Positions 29,496 through 39,680 of a stretch of DNA of 64,000 bases are shown here, in pieces. Position numbers and translations under genes: made by a program. Below the pieces are notes generated by a model that was given only the letters and a program-made list of their open reading frames with translations, did not search any database and had not been told where the DNA came from. Position 1 is the stretch's first letter; each line of letters opens with the position of its first letter. Source of the stretch: an uncultured delta proteobacterium (GTDB lineage: Bacteria; Desulfobacterota; Desulfobacteria; Desulfobacterales; UBA11574); assembly GCA_963752565.1 (NCBI GenBank), contig CAVVZC010000003.1, forward strand, positions 542,560-606,559. The letters are read 5' to 3'.

Positions 29496-30651
29496 GCGAG
29501 TCCCATAAGCTCCAAATCCGGTCTTGTTCAATTTCATATCCATAATGGTAGCCCTGCAACAACCTGCGATCTTTATCGGTGATCCCTTCAAATTGGATAC
29601 CCAACAGCGCACTTTTTTTTCCTTCAAGAGAAATTTCCTTACTCCAAACAGCCGCACCTAAAATAGAGAGACTGACAAAGGCGATGGCTAAATATATTTG
29701 AATATGAACCTGTTTTCCAACCAAGCTGCCAAAATGACCGGTTTCATAATTCGCACCCAAAACAACGCTGGCACCACTTAATGAAATATTATCTGTGAAT
29801 CCAATGAGGTCCAAAGGGGCTTTACCCGGCTCATCACTAAATATTTTAATATTTACTTGGGTTGGGAGCCGGTGCCTGACGGTTTTACGAACCGTGCTTG
29901 AAAACCTTTCTTCATCGGATTCCGAACGGCTCTGATACAGGTCATGGATAAGAAGCTTAACATTTGGATATTTTCTGCAAATTTTCATCAGTCTTAGTTT
30001 AGAAATTTTCGCAAATTCAACACGAGTAATGGTTTCGACAGTTGACTGAGATATCTTTTCTTTCTCAAACGGATAAATTTCACCAAAAAAATCGTTTTCT
30101 ATCAGGTTTTTGGATAATTTTTTTTGGACCTTTCCTCCTTTCTCCAAACGATGGTAGATCGTTTCCTCTATAGTGCCAGACACAACAAAATAGAGGTTAT
30201 TCTCTTCATCACCGAATTTTTTCATCATGCTGTTTTCAGGAAAATACCGGATAACCAGCATACTCATAAAAGCGATCATTTCAGGATATGTCATCTTGAT
30301 GAAAAAACGCTTAACTCCTGTATTTTTTGATCTGGCTTTACGAAGGGATGAATAGAAGTCTTGCCCCTCTTGATAAGACAGCCCAAGGATTTGCCATTCA
30401 AGGATTTTGGATACAAGGGCCTGCATGATCATATCTGCTTCGATAAAAAGCTCGGCAGCCGTTCCATATCCATCGGCGGCGGCATAAAACGATTTGTCTC
30501 GTTCCAAAAGCTCCGCAAAGAATCTATGGAGCCATGGATCATTTGGAAAGGCCTTAAGTAGATTTTCAAACTCTTTGACAGAATCGATCGTGACAGAACC
30601 ATCTATAATACGGTTTACGATGCGGTTCCGTTTTTTTGTACGGTCGTTCAT
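29449..30651 (-). CDS. Cyclic-nucleotide-binding domain + PilZ domain protein
   Basis: I prefer the ATG at 30649-30651 (RBS aaggat; MNDRTKKRNR). The cNMP-binding-like region has FGDEENNLYFVVSGTIEE...FFGEIYPF. The PilZ region has RKTVRHRLP (RxxxR) and DNISLSGASV (NxSxxG). Confidence 0.7.
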   Translation of the reverse strand: MNDRTKKRNRIVNRIIDGSVTIDSVKEFENLLKAFPNDPWLHRFFAELLERDKSFYAAADGYGTAAELFIEADMIMQALVSKILEWQILGLSYQEGQDFYSSLRKARSKNTGVKRFFIKMTYPEMIAFMSMLVIRYFPENSMMKKFGDEENNLYFVVSGTIEETIYHRLEKGGKVQKKLSKNLIENDFFGEIYPFEKEKISQSTVETITRVEFAKISKLRLMKICRKYPNVKLLIHDLYQSRSESDEERFSSTVRKTVRHRLPTQVNIKIFSDEPGKAPLDLIGFTDNISLSGASVVLGANYETGHFGSLVGKQVHIQIYLAIAFVSLSILGAAVWSKEISLEGKKSALLGIQFEGITDKDRRLLQGYHYGYEIEQDRIWSLWDSLIGTGAGTSIPLAAA

Positions 30652-31079
30652 AACTAATATCCTTATTAAAGGCTGCTTTGACCTTTTATGATTTCTGTGA
30701 TGGTGTCTATGTGTTTGGTTCAGCTTCTCGTTTTTGTTACAAAAGGGACGTCTTCTCTCGTAAATAGACGTCATTTAGGTGATGAGAAAGATCAACATAA
30801 CGTGTGTTGGTTGTTCAGTGCCATAAAAATAAGATGCGGTCATACAATTATACTTTTTGATTTATTCTTCAAGGAAAAGATTTCAATTACTGGTTTTTAT
30901 GTTCAACAGGTAAAATTGATCTGGTATGAGCATCCGGGCACAACACGGTGTTTTTATTTCCAAAAAAAATGTTGCCAAGCCTGTGAACCTCCCTACCAAA
31001 AAGAATGGGGCTTGCGGGGAGCATGCCGGTCAACAAATTTATTTTGGTCGGTATTATTCTTTTACCCTAAATTTGAGTT

Positions 31080-31313
31080 TTATTTATAGGTAATGGTAAA
31101 GACCAGATGTAATAGTGAACACCAGGAATCCTCCTGCTGCGGTGAACGGCAATTGCTGGGGATGTTATTGAAGCTCTTAATGCAAAGGTCCTTCATCAAT
31201 TTACATGCAAGACAGGTCGCAAAACCGTGGGGCGGTAATTCCATTTCAAGCTTGAGTGGCAGTTGATCGGTTGGCAGGCGAGTTATATTTGCTTTGTTTT
31301 TACGTTTACTCAT
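31080..31313 (-). CDS. Hypothetical small Cys-containing protein (77 aa)
   Basis: ORF with plausible RBS aaggaaaacggatca-ATG and a basic N-terminus MSKRKNKANITR. I recognise no family. Confidence 0.3.
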   Translation of the reverse strand: MSKRKNKANITRLPTDQLPLKLEMELPPHGFATCLACKLMKDLCIKSFNNIPSNCRSPQQEDSWCSLLHLVFTITYK

Positions 31314-31739
31314 TGATCCGTTTTCCTTTTAAATATCATCGGCAATTTCCAAAAAAACTTGATTGTTAAAATCTCTCATCTACCTAATGCAATGAAATGG
31401 TTATCATATTGCAAAAAGTAATGTGCATCATACTTTTAAATATCTGTAGTGACTAGGAAGGATTAAAGGTCGTGGTGTTTGATGGAGGCACGGATCATAA
31501 TTAAATCAAGATTTAAAGTTCAACCAAATCCAGAAAAATCAAAATCTTGGATAATATCCTTAGTGGGAGGATATGTGGTCCACGGAATTCTTCCCGGAGT
31601 ACCACCGGCCTCAGGATTTTCCAGTTGCCGACATGTCGGAAAGGTTGGGGGAAATGTGCAATGTTGTTGTCATTTTAAGTTATTATTGGGTGATATATGA
31701 TGTTAAAAATAAAAAATTGATAGGGGAAAAGGTAAAAAA

Positions 31740-31768
31740 TTGACATAAATACACCAAATGAGTAAAAA
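31740..31768 (+). promoter_or_regulatory. Candidate sigma-70 promoter (TTGACA-N17-TAAAAA)
   Basis: Perfect -35 and an A/T-rich -10, ~110 nt upstream of the 79-aa ORF. Confidence 0.3.
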
Positions 31769-31879
31769 TATACCCGTTGATTCCTCCTTTCCATTTAAGT
31801 TGGATTTAATGTTGGAGAAAGTTAGGCTGAAAAAGAAAACAATTCTATTTGTTGAATTTGAGGCATGAGATAATCGTTA

Positions 31880-32119
31880 ATGATTGAAATATTAAGAAAA
31901 ATGTTTGAAGCTAACCCCGAGAAACCAACAATTGTTTTAAAAGATAAATGTTCAGACTGCGGATGTGAGACAATCATTGAGATAACACCTACATCAGGAG
32001 GATTTGGATTACAAGGTGCCGTTTTATCTAAGTGTTCACCTGACGCGTATTTAACAAAGTGTCCTGAGTGTTTCAACGCTGACCAACATGAAAAAAAATC
32101 TGGAAAGAAGAAAGCATAA
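31880..32119 (+). CDS. Hypothetical small zinc-ribbon-like protein (79 aa)
   Basis: Two Cys pairs, CSDCGC ... CPEC, and a Lys-rich tail. No recognised family. Confidence 0.4.
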   Translation: MIEILRKMFEANPEKPTIVLKDKCSDCGCETIIEITPTSGGFGLQGAVLSKCSPDAYLTKCPECFNADQHEKKSGKKKA

Positions 32120-32268
32120 AAGATTTAAAATTAACTGGTGATACGATTAGCGCACCATCAAAAAATCATTTAATTCGAGTAGTTATATGCGTTACAAAAT
32201 GTCACAAGTTTTGGAAGTCCCGATTTTAAAGGTATACTCGACATAGAATCGGTGAAAGGAATTTCTTT

Positions 32269-33483
32269 ATGACCTGCATTGTTCAGAAATACGGCGGTAG
32301 CAGTGTGGCGGATGTGGACCAATTACGCAAAATTGTCCGGATGATTGCCGACCTCAAGGGTCAAAATAATGATATTGCCGTGGTCGTTTCGGCCATGGGA
32401 AAGACGACCGACAAGCTCGTGGCCATGGCCCGGGAAATCTCGCTCAAACCGCCGCGGCGGGAAATGGACATGTTGCTTTCCACCGGCGAGCGCATCACTA
32501 TGGCGATGCTTTGCATGGCTTTGCATGAGCAGGGGCTTGATGCGATATCATTGACCGGCTCTCAGGCCGGCATAATCACCAACGACCGCCACAATGACGC
32601 CCAAGTCATCGAGGTCCGGCCCTTTCGGGTACAGGATGAAATGGCTAAAGGCAAAGTTGTAATCATCGGTGGTTTTCAGGGTGTCAGCTATAAGCGGGAC
32701 ATCACTACCCTGGGCCGCGGCGGGTCCGATACCACGGCGGTGGCTCTGGCAGCTGCGTTGGACGCCGAGCGCTGTGAAATTTACTCGGATGTGGATGGCG
32801 TTTACTCGACCGACCCCTCCATGGTGGCCGAGGCACAGCACCTGCCGGAGGTTTCCTATCCGGTGATGCAAGAGATGAGCATGGCTGGGGCCAAAGTGCT
32901 GCATGCCTCCGCTGTGCAGTTTGCCAAAGAAAAAAACATCGCTATCTACGCCCGCTCCACATTCTCACCGGGCCGTGAAACCGTTATTCGAAGGCTTTCC
33001 CCCGGCACCATCGTCGGGGTGCAGGCGGTGGTCAGCGAAAAGCAGGTTGAGCGCATCCGGCTGAACGGTGCCGACGTTCATGCCAGCTTCAAACAGGCCG
33101 TGGATTTCCTGGAAAGCGAGCAGGTACCCATCAAAGAAGTCAATGTTGGCGAGATAGCCGCCGACAGCAAGCAATCAACCGCATCCTTTGTCGTTTCCAC
33201 AAATAATATTTACGGTTGGGAGCAGGTCAAATCCGCGCTGCAGAACAGACTGGGGGAAAATATCGAATTTGATGCCGACCTGGCAGCCCTGTCCATAATC
33301 GGCGAAGGATTGAACCGCAATAATCTGACCCTTTTGGAAACGATCGGTTTGCTGGCAGACAACCAAATATCCGTGCTCGGTATCACCACGACTTCGTTTC
33401 GCATCTCCCTTCTGGTACCACGGGATCGGATCGAAAAAAGTGTTGAACTCTGTCACACCCGCTGGGTGGCAAACAATGTCTGA
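32269..33483 (+). CDS. lysC: Aspartate kinase
   Basis: 404 aa. [50 protein letters not shown], and a C-terminal ACT-like region. Confidence 0.9.
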   Translation: MTCIVQKYGGSSVADVDQLRKIVRMIADLKGQNNDIAVVVSAMGKTTDKLVAMAREISLKPPRREMDMLLSTGERITMAMLCMALHEQGLDAISLTGSQAGIITNDRHNDAQVIEVRPFRVQDEMAKGKVVIIGGFQGVSYKRDITTLGRGGSDTTAVALAAALDAERCEIYSDVDGVYSTDPSMVAEAQHLPEVSYPVMQEMSMAGAKVLHASAVQFAKEKNIAIYARSTFSPGRETVIRRLSPGTIVGVQAVVSEKQVERIRLNGADVHASFKQAVDFLESEQVPIKEVNVGEIAADSKQSTASFVVSTNNIYGWEQVKSALQNRLGENIEFDADLAALSIIGEGLNRNNLTLLETIGLLADNQISVLGITTTSFRISLLVPRDRIEKSVELCHTRWVANNV

Positions 33484-33507
33484 TACCCATTGGTCTGCCA
33501 TGGGAAG

Positions 33508-33538
33508 CACAAGAATCGGAACTGTTTCAATTCTTGTG
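33508..33538 (+). terminator. Hairpin downstream of lysC (probable terminator)
   Basis: 9-bp stem cacaagaat / attcttgtg with a 13-nt loop, followed by ttta. Confidence 0.45.
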
Positions 33539-34019
33539 TTTACTCCAACATATAATCTTAGGGAAACCTGTGGTAGCTGTAATGAAGACCAAGTATCAAG
33601 CAATTGATTTTTTGACATATTCAAAGGGTATCGCAAAAACATAACTGTTGGACTATCTATATATCTTTACGTTGGCTAAAAACCGTGGGGTTGTGTTTTT
33701 AGATATCAAGAGATAACAATCTGTCAACTGATGTCGTTACTCAATTTGTTATAAAACAGGATCAGCAATATCTCAACCTTTTGTCATTGAGATTCCATGA
33801 GCTAACTCTAAGTCCACATTCAGAGCCAATATAAAGCCCTCACACACAACCTTCACTTAAAGCCAACATTTCAACACTCCTGTCAGCCCAAGATTGGATG
33901 CATGGAAATCGGTTGCAAATACGTCCTCTTTATCATACTACAAAGCGGGCTCTTATTCTGCCCTGGTTCTGCCTGAGCCTAAAAAATGCCAACCAAGAGG
34001 AGTGTAATAACCTGCTGAT

Positions 34020-34856
34020 ATGATAACTAAAAGATCACATAAAGCTCGCATTTCTATTCGTCTGTTTGACAGTCACTGCCATTTAGACGACAGGGCCTAT
34101 GACAAAGATTTGGATGATGTCATCCATCGTATGCATGACGCCGGCGTTGCGTCGGCCATGACCATTGGAACAACCCTTGAACGCTGCATCAAAGGGGTTG
34201 CCATCGCGGAATCCATACCAGGGGTGTATGCTTCGGTGGGCATTCATCCCCACGGTGCAAAAAGCTGCGATGAAGACGTCCTAAAGACGCTCAAGGATCT
34301 TGCCGGAAGTCCCAGCGTTAGCGCATGGGGAGAAATCGGCCTTGACTTTAACCGAATGTTCTCTCCCAGAGACGTTCAGGAAAAGTGGCTTGTCAGACAG
34401 CTTGAAATTGCCGATACGTTGAAACTTCCGGTCATATTTCACGAGCGGGACAGCAACGGCCGCCTGCTCGACATTCTGAAAACACATTTTAAAACCGGCC
34501 GAAACGGGATTGTGCACTGCTTCAGCGGCACTGAGGATGAGCTGAAACAATATCTTGATTTGGGCCTTTATATCGGAATTACTGGCATTGTGACCATCAA
34601 GGGGCGTGGTGCGGACTTGAGAAAGATGGCACCTTCGATCCCGGTCAATAGAATCCTGATCGAAACCGATGCGCCCTATCTGACGCCGACACCCGAAAGA
34701 AACCACACCCAAAGAAACGAACCGGCCTTTGTCCGATCGGTTTTTTTGAAGCTTGCTGAAGTAAGACAGGAAGATCCTATCTCCCTGTCTGAATCCCTAT
34801 GGAACAACACCTGCCGATTATATGGTGTTGACGCTGATACAACATTGAGCCGGTGA
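34020..34856 (+). CDS. TatD-family metal-dependent hydrolase/DNase
   Basis: 278 aa. FDSHCHLD, GIHPH, AWGEIGLDF, VIFHERDS, IVHCFSG, LIETDAPYL. Confidence 0.85.
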   Translation: MITKRSHKARISIRLFDSHCHLDDRAYDKDLDDVIHRMHDAGVASAMTIGTTLERCIKGVAIAESIPGVYASVGIHPHGAKSCDEDVLKTLKDLAGSPSVSAWGEIGLDFNRMFSPRDVQEKWLVRQLEIADTLKLPVIFHERDSNGRLLDILKTHFKTGRNGIVHCFSGTEDELKQYLDLGLYIGITGIVTIKGRGADLRKMAPSIPVNRILIETDAPYLTPTPERNHTQRNEPAFVRSVFLKLAEVRQEDPISLSESLWNNTCRLYGVDADTTLSR

Positions 34857-34986
34857 GGCACTATTTGAAAACAGTTTCCACTTTGAAACACCTTACTGGT
34901 TCCCTAAAATGAATATTAAAAGCTTCTTTACTTTAGTTGTCATTTCGCTTAAAATACAACAAGTTCTATATATAAAGCTACATAAT

Positions 34987-35040
34987 TCAAGTTTCGCACA
35001 CTTTAGCGGCATTGCTAAAAATTAAGGGCGCGAAACTTGA
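34987..35040. promoter_or_regulatory. 54-nt nested hairpin/palindrome upstream of the sugar-phosphate cluster
   Basis: Outer 11-bp stem tcaagtttcgc / gcgaaacttga. Inner 6-bp stem tttagc / gctaaa. Lies 48 nt upstream of the ATG at 35088. Confidence 0.4.
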
Positions 35041-35087
35041 GTTAGAAGAAAAATGGACATGATATACAAAAAGAAAAGAAATTACAT

Positions 35088-36308
35088 ATGAGCCATCACA
35101 CGATTGAAAAACAAACCATTGGCGATTTAAAATCCTTTTACAATTTAATGTCACAAACCCGCGATGTACGTTTTGAAATAGTAAACGATTTGTTTTCATC
35201 TCAAGACATACAAAAAAGCCGGATTACCGCTTTAAAAAATGCACTCGATTCTCTTATAGAAATCTTGGATAACGGATACAAAACCGCTCTTAAAATCGAT
35301 GGTTCTGAAAGCATCGATGTGGATGTGACCTATGAAGTCACAGAACTAAAAAAAGATATATACTATCTTGAAAATAATGAGAACAAGTTCATGTCCTACC
35401 TTGAATCGCTGCATCCAAATTTTTCAACCCACGTGCAATCCGGTACGGCATTATTGAAGGGAAAGCATTTTAATTGTTTTATCACAGACAGAGACGGTAC
35501 CACCAACAATTATTGCGGTCGATATCGCTCTTCTGTCCAGTCGATCTACAATGCAGTATTTTTAACCCGCTTTGCCAAAAATACGGTGTCCAATCCTATT
35601 ATGATGACCTCCGCACCCCTCAAAGACATCGGTATTGTAGATGTCAGCGTCACTCCTGACAAAACCATGATATACGCAGCATCAAAAGGTCGCGAATTCA
35701 TTGATCTTTCGAATGAGCGAAGAACATTTCCCATTGACGATCAAAAGCAAAAACTTATTCAACGCCTTTACCGAAAATTGGATAATTTGGTTAAAGATCC
35801 GGCATATGAAAAGTTCTCTCTGATCGGGTCCGGACTTCAATTCAAATTCGGTCAAATCACCATTGCGAAACAAGATATCAATGGCTCGATTCCAGGGCCG
35901 AAATCCGAGGAATTTTTAGGTTTGATTAAAAATGTTGTAACAGACCTGGACCCCACACACGAAAATTTCAGGATCGAAGATACGGGCTTGGATATTGAAA
36001 TTATACTTACTATTTCGGATAAAAAAGCCGGTTTAAAAGATTTCGACAAAGGAGACGGCGTCAAATATCTGGACAAAGAATTGAATCTTGACATGAACAA
36101 AGGCCCGCATTTGATTTGTGGCGATACCGGATCGGATGTGCCAATGATTGAAGCAACCATGAAACGAACGAACGATACGTGGTCTATTTTCGTGACCAAA
36201 AATCAAGAGCTGGCTCAGCGCGTAAAAGCACTTTGCCCCAACGCACTGATCGTTCCTGAACCGGACATTCTGGTTACGATTTTAAACCAACTTTCAACCC
36301 GTTTTTGA
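35088..36308 (+). CDS. HAD-IIB-like phosphatase family protein with N-terminal extension (sugar-phosphate phosphatase candidate)
   Basis: 406 aa. HAD motif I FITDRDGTTNNY (DxDGT) and motif IV ICGDTGSDVPMIE (GDxxxD). The specific substrate cannot be read from the sequence. Confidence 0.55.
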   Translation: MSHHTIEKQTIGDLKSFYNLMSQTRDVRFEIVNDLFSSQDIQKSRITALKNALDSLIEILDNGYKTALKIDGSESIDVDVTYEVTELKKDIYYLENNENKFMSYLESLHPNFSTHVQSGTALLKGKHFNCFITDRDGTTNNYCGRYRSSVQSIYNAVFLTRFAKNTVSNPIMMTSAPLKDIGIVDVSVTPDKTMIYAASKGREFIDLSNERRTFPIDDQKQKLIQRLYRKLDNLVKDPAYEKFSLIGSGLQFKFGQITIAKQDINGSIPGPKSEEFLGLIKNVVTDLDPTHENFRIEDTGLDIEIILTISDKKAGLKDFDKGDGVKYLDKELNLDMNKGPHLICGDTGSDVPMIEATMKRTNDTWSIFVTKNQELAQRVKALCPNALIVPEPDILVTILNQLSTRF

Positions 36309-36322
36309 AAAATGAGGACCAA

Positions 36323-39300
36323 ATGGCTTTGAAAAAATTTAAAGGAGTGATCTTGGATCTTGATGGTGTGATTACAGGAACAGCCCGCGTACATGGCCTT
36401 GCATGGGAAAGCATGTTCAATGATTATTTGAAAATGGCTGCAGAACGTGACAACACACCGTTTGTCCCGTTTGATCGTGAAAAAGATTATCTGGAATACG
36501 TTGACGGTAAACCCCGAATGGATGGCGTCAAAAGCTTTCTGGAATCCAGGGGAATTCAATTGCCGTTTGGCGATTTCGATGATCCGCCGGATGTTGAGAC
36601 CATTTGCGGACTGGGAAATCGAAAAAACAAGGACTTTCAAAAAGTACTTCGAAAAGAAGGACCGGATGTTTTCGATTCAACAATGGCTTTTATTAAAGCA
36701 TGTCAGAAACGAGGTATTAAAATCGGTGTTGCGTCTTCCAGTCAAAATTGTAAGCTCATTTTGGAGCTGGCCAACATCGAAAAATATTTTGAGGCTCGGG
36801 TTGGCGGCGTGATTTCTCGAGAATTGAATCTGAAAGGAAAACCAGAGCCCGATATTTTTGTAACTGCTGCACAGTGGATGGGATTGAAACCGGGTGAATG
36901 TGTGGTGGTCGAAGATGCCATTTCGGGAGTGCAGGCCGGCAGAAACGGTAGTTTCGGACTGACCTTAGGTATTGCCAGAGAAATCGAAGGTGAAGCGCTC
37001 ATCAAAAATGGTGCAGATATTGTGGTTCGCGACATGGCGGAAATTTCACTGGACAGAATCAACCAATGGTTCGGAAAAGGTATAGAAGCCGATGGGTGGA
37101 ACCTGACCTATGATGCCTTTGATCCGGAAGATGAAAAGCTTCGAGAAACCCTGACCGCAGTTGGAAATGGGTATCTTGGAACTCGTGGAAGTTATGAAGG
37201 AGAACATGCATCAGACATTCATTATCCGGGCACATATATGGCCGGTGTGTATAACAAACCGAGCACCATAGTGGGCGGCAAACGCATCTATAACAATGAT
37301 TTTGTGAATTGTCCCAATTGGACGCTCATCGAATTTGCCATCGGCGAATCGGATTATCTTAGCCCTTTGAAAATGAATATTCTTAGCTATCAACAAAAGT
37401 TGAATATGAAAGAAGGCGTGATGCAGCGCACCATTTTGTGCAAAGATGGTGTGGGAAGAATTACCCGGATTCAAAGCCGCCGGGTTGCATCCATGGCCGA
37501 TCCCCATGTGTGCGCCATTAAATTTGATATGACTCCCGTCAATTACACAGATACGATTCGTATTAGATCCGCCATCGACGGTACGGTCATTAATGACAAT
37601 GTTCCCAGGTACCGTCAGCTCAATTCAAAACACCTGGCACCTGTGTCTCAGGGTAAAACCAGAAACGGTATCTATCTGCACGTTCAAACCCGTCAGTCCA
37701 AATATCAAATTGTCATGAACGCCAAAACGAAAATATATCAACAAAACAGATCCATTCGCCCTCGTAAAACAGTGTTTCAGAAAAAAGGTTACATTGCCGA
37801 AATCATAACACTTGATGCCATGGAGAATACAACGTATTCGCTTGAAAAACTTGTCAGTTTATTCACATCGTTGGATAAAGGTGTCACCCATCCTCGTAAA
37901 GTCGGCTCCCGGGCACTGGCAGGCATCAAATCCTTCAAAGATGTGCTTGGGCCAAACGCCCGCGCCTGGAGCAATCTCTGGAAAAAAGCAGATATTCGAA
38001 TCCATGGCGACCGATTCATGCAAAAAGCGACGAGACTTCATATCTACCATCTTCTTGTGGCTGCATCGCCCAATAACAGAACCATCGATGCTGGAATAAC
38101 GGCTCGGGGGCTTCATGGGGAAGCTTACCGCGGCCATGTGTTTTGGGATGAACTCTATATTCTGCCGTTTTACAACCTCCGATTTCCGGAGATCTCAAAA
38201 GCGCTGCTCATGTATCGTTACAGGCGATTAGAGGGCGCTCGCATGTATGCCAAAGAAAACGGCTATCAAGGGGCCATGTATCCATGGCAAACCGCCGATG
38301 GTGGAGAGGAAGAAACCCAGATAGTGCACTACAATCCCAAAAACGACTCATGGGGACCGGATTTGAGCCGTCTTCAACGTCACGTTTCCATCGCGGTGTT
38401 TTACAATGTCTGGAGATATGCGAATGATACGAATGACCATACATTCATGAATGAATACGGTGCTGAAATGATGTTAGACATTGCCCGATTCTGGGCAAGT
38501 GCCACATATGTCGACAAAAATACCGGGAAATATTCCATTAAAAAGGTAATGGGACCCGACGAATTTCATGAAAAGCTGCCCGGTTCAGATGACCATGGGG
38601 TAAAAGACAACGCCTATACGAACATCATGGTTGTATGGCTTTTGGAAAAAGCCATGGAAGTTATAAAGAACCTTTCCAACCGAACGTTTAATCGAATTAG
38701 CAGAAATATCAGGCTTAACGTTGAAGAAACCGAAAAATGGAAAGATATTTGCAAGAAGATGAATGTGATCATATCTGATGACGACATTATCAGCCAGTTT
38801 GATGGATACTTTGATTTAAAAGAACTGGATTGGCAACATTACCGGGAAAAATATGACGATATTCATCGAATGGACCGCATCCTAAAGGCGGAAGGAGATT
38901 CACCGGATGCATATAAGGTTGCGAAACAAGCTGACACACTGATGACCTTTTATGTATTGTCACCGGAGGCTGTGGCTCGCATCCTTAAACAAGTGGGCCA
39001 TCCTGTTGAAGATCCCATTGAACTGTTAAAGAAAAACTACGAATACTATGAACAGCGCACCAGCCATGGATCGACATTGAGCAAGGTGGTCCATGCAGTG
39101 ATTTCCAGCTATATGGCGGAAGAAGAGACGGCGTGGGAATGGTTTGTTGAAGCGATGAGATCCGACATATATGACACCCAGGGGGGAACGACACCGGAAG
39201 GTATTCATTGCGGTGTAATGGCCGGCACACTGGATGTCATTACGCGATACTTTGCAGGTATTGATTTTTCACATAAGATTCCGGAAATCAACCCCCATCT

Positions 39301-39484
39301 TCCCCATCACTGGAAAGAGATGTCCTTGAAAGTCTGCCACAAAAATATCTGGTATGATTTAAAATTAACTCAAGACAAATTACAACTGACCGTAAATGGT
39401 AGGCTAAAAGCCCCCCTACCGGTAAAGGTTCAAGGAAAAACCATCAAAATTAGGGCCGGTAAAACGCGTTCTGTTCGTTTATAA
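36323..39484 (+). CDS. Fusion: beta-phosphoglucomutase-type HAD domain + glycoside hydrolase family 65 disaccharide phosphorylase
   Basis: The track ORF starts at TTG 36305. I prefer the ATG at 36323, which follows gagga. beta-PGM part: VILDLDGVITGT, KGKPEPDIF, VVEDAISGVQAG. GH65 part: TAVGNGYLGTRGSYEG, GLHGEAYRGHVFWDELYILPFY, YPWQTADGGEE, EGIHCGVMAG. Confidence 0.8.
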   Translation: MALKKFKGVILDLDGVITGTARVHGLAWESMFNDYLKMAAERDNTPFVPFDREKDYLEYVDGKPRMDGVKSFLESRGIQLPFGDFDDPPDVETICGLGNRKNKDFQKVLRKEGPDVFDSTMAFIKACQKRGIKIGVASSSQNCKLILELANIEKYFEARVGGVISRELNLKGKPEPDIFVTAAQWMGLKPGECVVVEDAISGVQAGRNGSFGLTLGIAREIEGEALIKNGADIVVRDMAEISLDRINQWFGKGIEADGWNLTYDAFDPEDEKLRETLTAVGNGYLGTRGSYEGEHASDIHYPGTYMAGVYNKPSTIVGGKRIYNNDFVNCPNWTLIEFAIGESDYLSPLKMNILSYQQKLNMKEGVMQRTILCKDGVGRITRIQSRRVASMADPHVCAIKFDMTPVNYTDTIRIRSAIDGTVINDNVPRYRQLNSKHLAPVSQGKTRNGIYLHVQTRQSKYQIVMNAKTKIYQQNRSIRPRKTVFQKKGYIAEIITLDAMENTTYSLEKLVSLFTSLDKGVTHPRKVGSRALAGIKSFKDVLGPNARAWSNLWKKADIRIHGDRFMQKATRLHIYHLLVAASPNNRTIDAGITARGLHGEAYRGHVFWDELYILPFYNLRFPEISKALLMYRYRRLEGARMYAKENGYQGAMYPWQTADGGEEETQIVHYNPKNDSWGPDLSRLQRHVSIAVFYNVWRYANDTNDHTFMNEYGAEMMLDIARFWASATYVDKNTGKYSIKKVMGPDEFHEKLPGSDDHGVKDNAYTNIMVVWLLEKAMEVIKNLSNRTFNRISRNIRLNVEETEKWKDICKKMNVIISDDDIISQFDGYFDLKELDWQHYREKYDDIHRMDRILKAEGDSPDAYKVAKQADTLMTFYVLSPEAVARILKQVGHPVEDPIELLKKNYEYYEQRTSHGSTLSKVVHAVISSYMAEEETAWEWFVEAMRSDIYDTQGGTTPEGIHCGVMAGTLDVITRYFAGIDFSHKIPEINPHLPHHWKEMSLKVCHKNIWYDLKLTQDKLQLTVNGRLKAPLPVKVQGKTIKIRAGKTRSVRL

Positions 39485-39680
39485 GTCAACTGCTTTTCTC
39501 ACGAGCCTGATGGGTGAAGAATTTAATTTTAAAATGCTAAAAAATACAAACAATGTGTTTTCGGAAAGATCCGCCCGACTATAATATAATCTTTTAATTT
39601 CAAATTGGTTTCTTGTTTTTTGACAAACAAAATAAATTCTTCATGAGAAATGCGGGCTAAAGTTTCGCGTCTATATTCAT

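Noticed and set aside
32120-32268. Possible lysine riboswitch or T-box leader upstream of aspartate kinase
   Set aside because: I could not find the conserved lysine-riboswitch core or a terminator/antiterminator pair, and the spacer is short and AT-rich.
33175-33642. 155-aa minus-strand ORF
   Set aside because: Two thirds of it is antisense to the 3' end of lysC. The remainder covers the lysC terminator hairpin.
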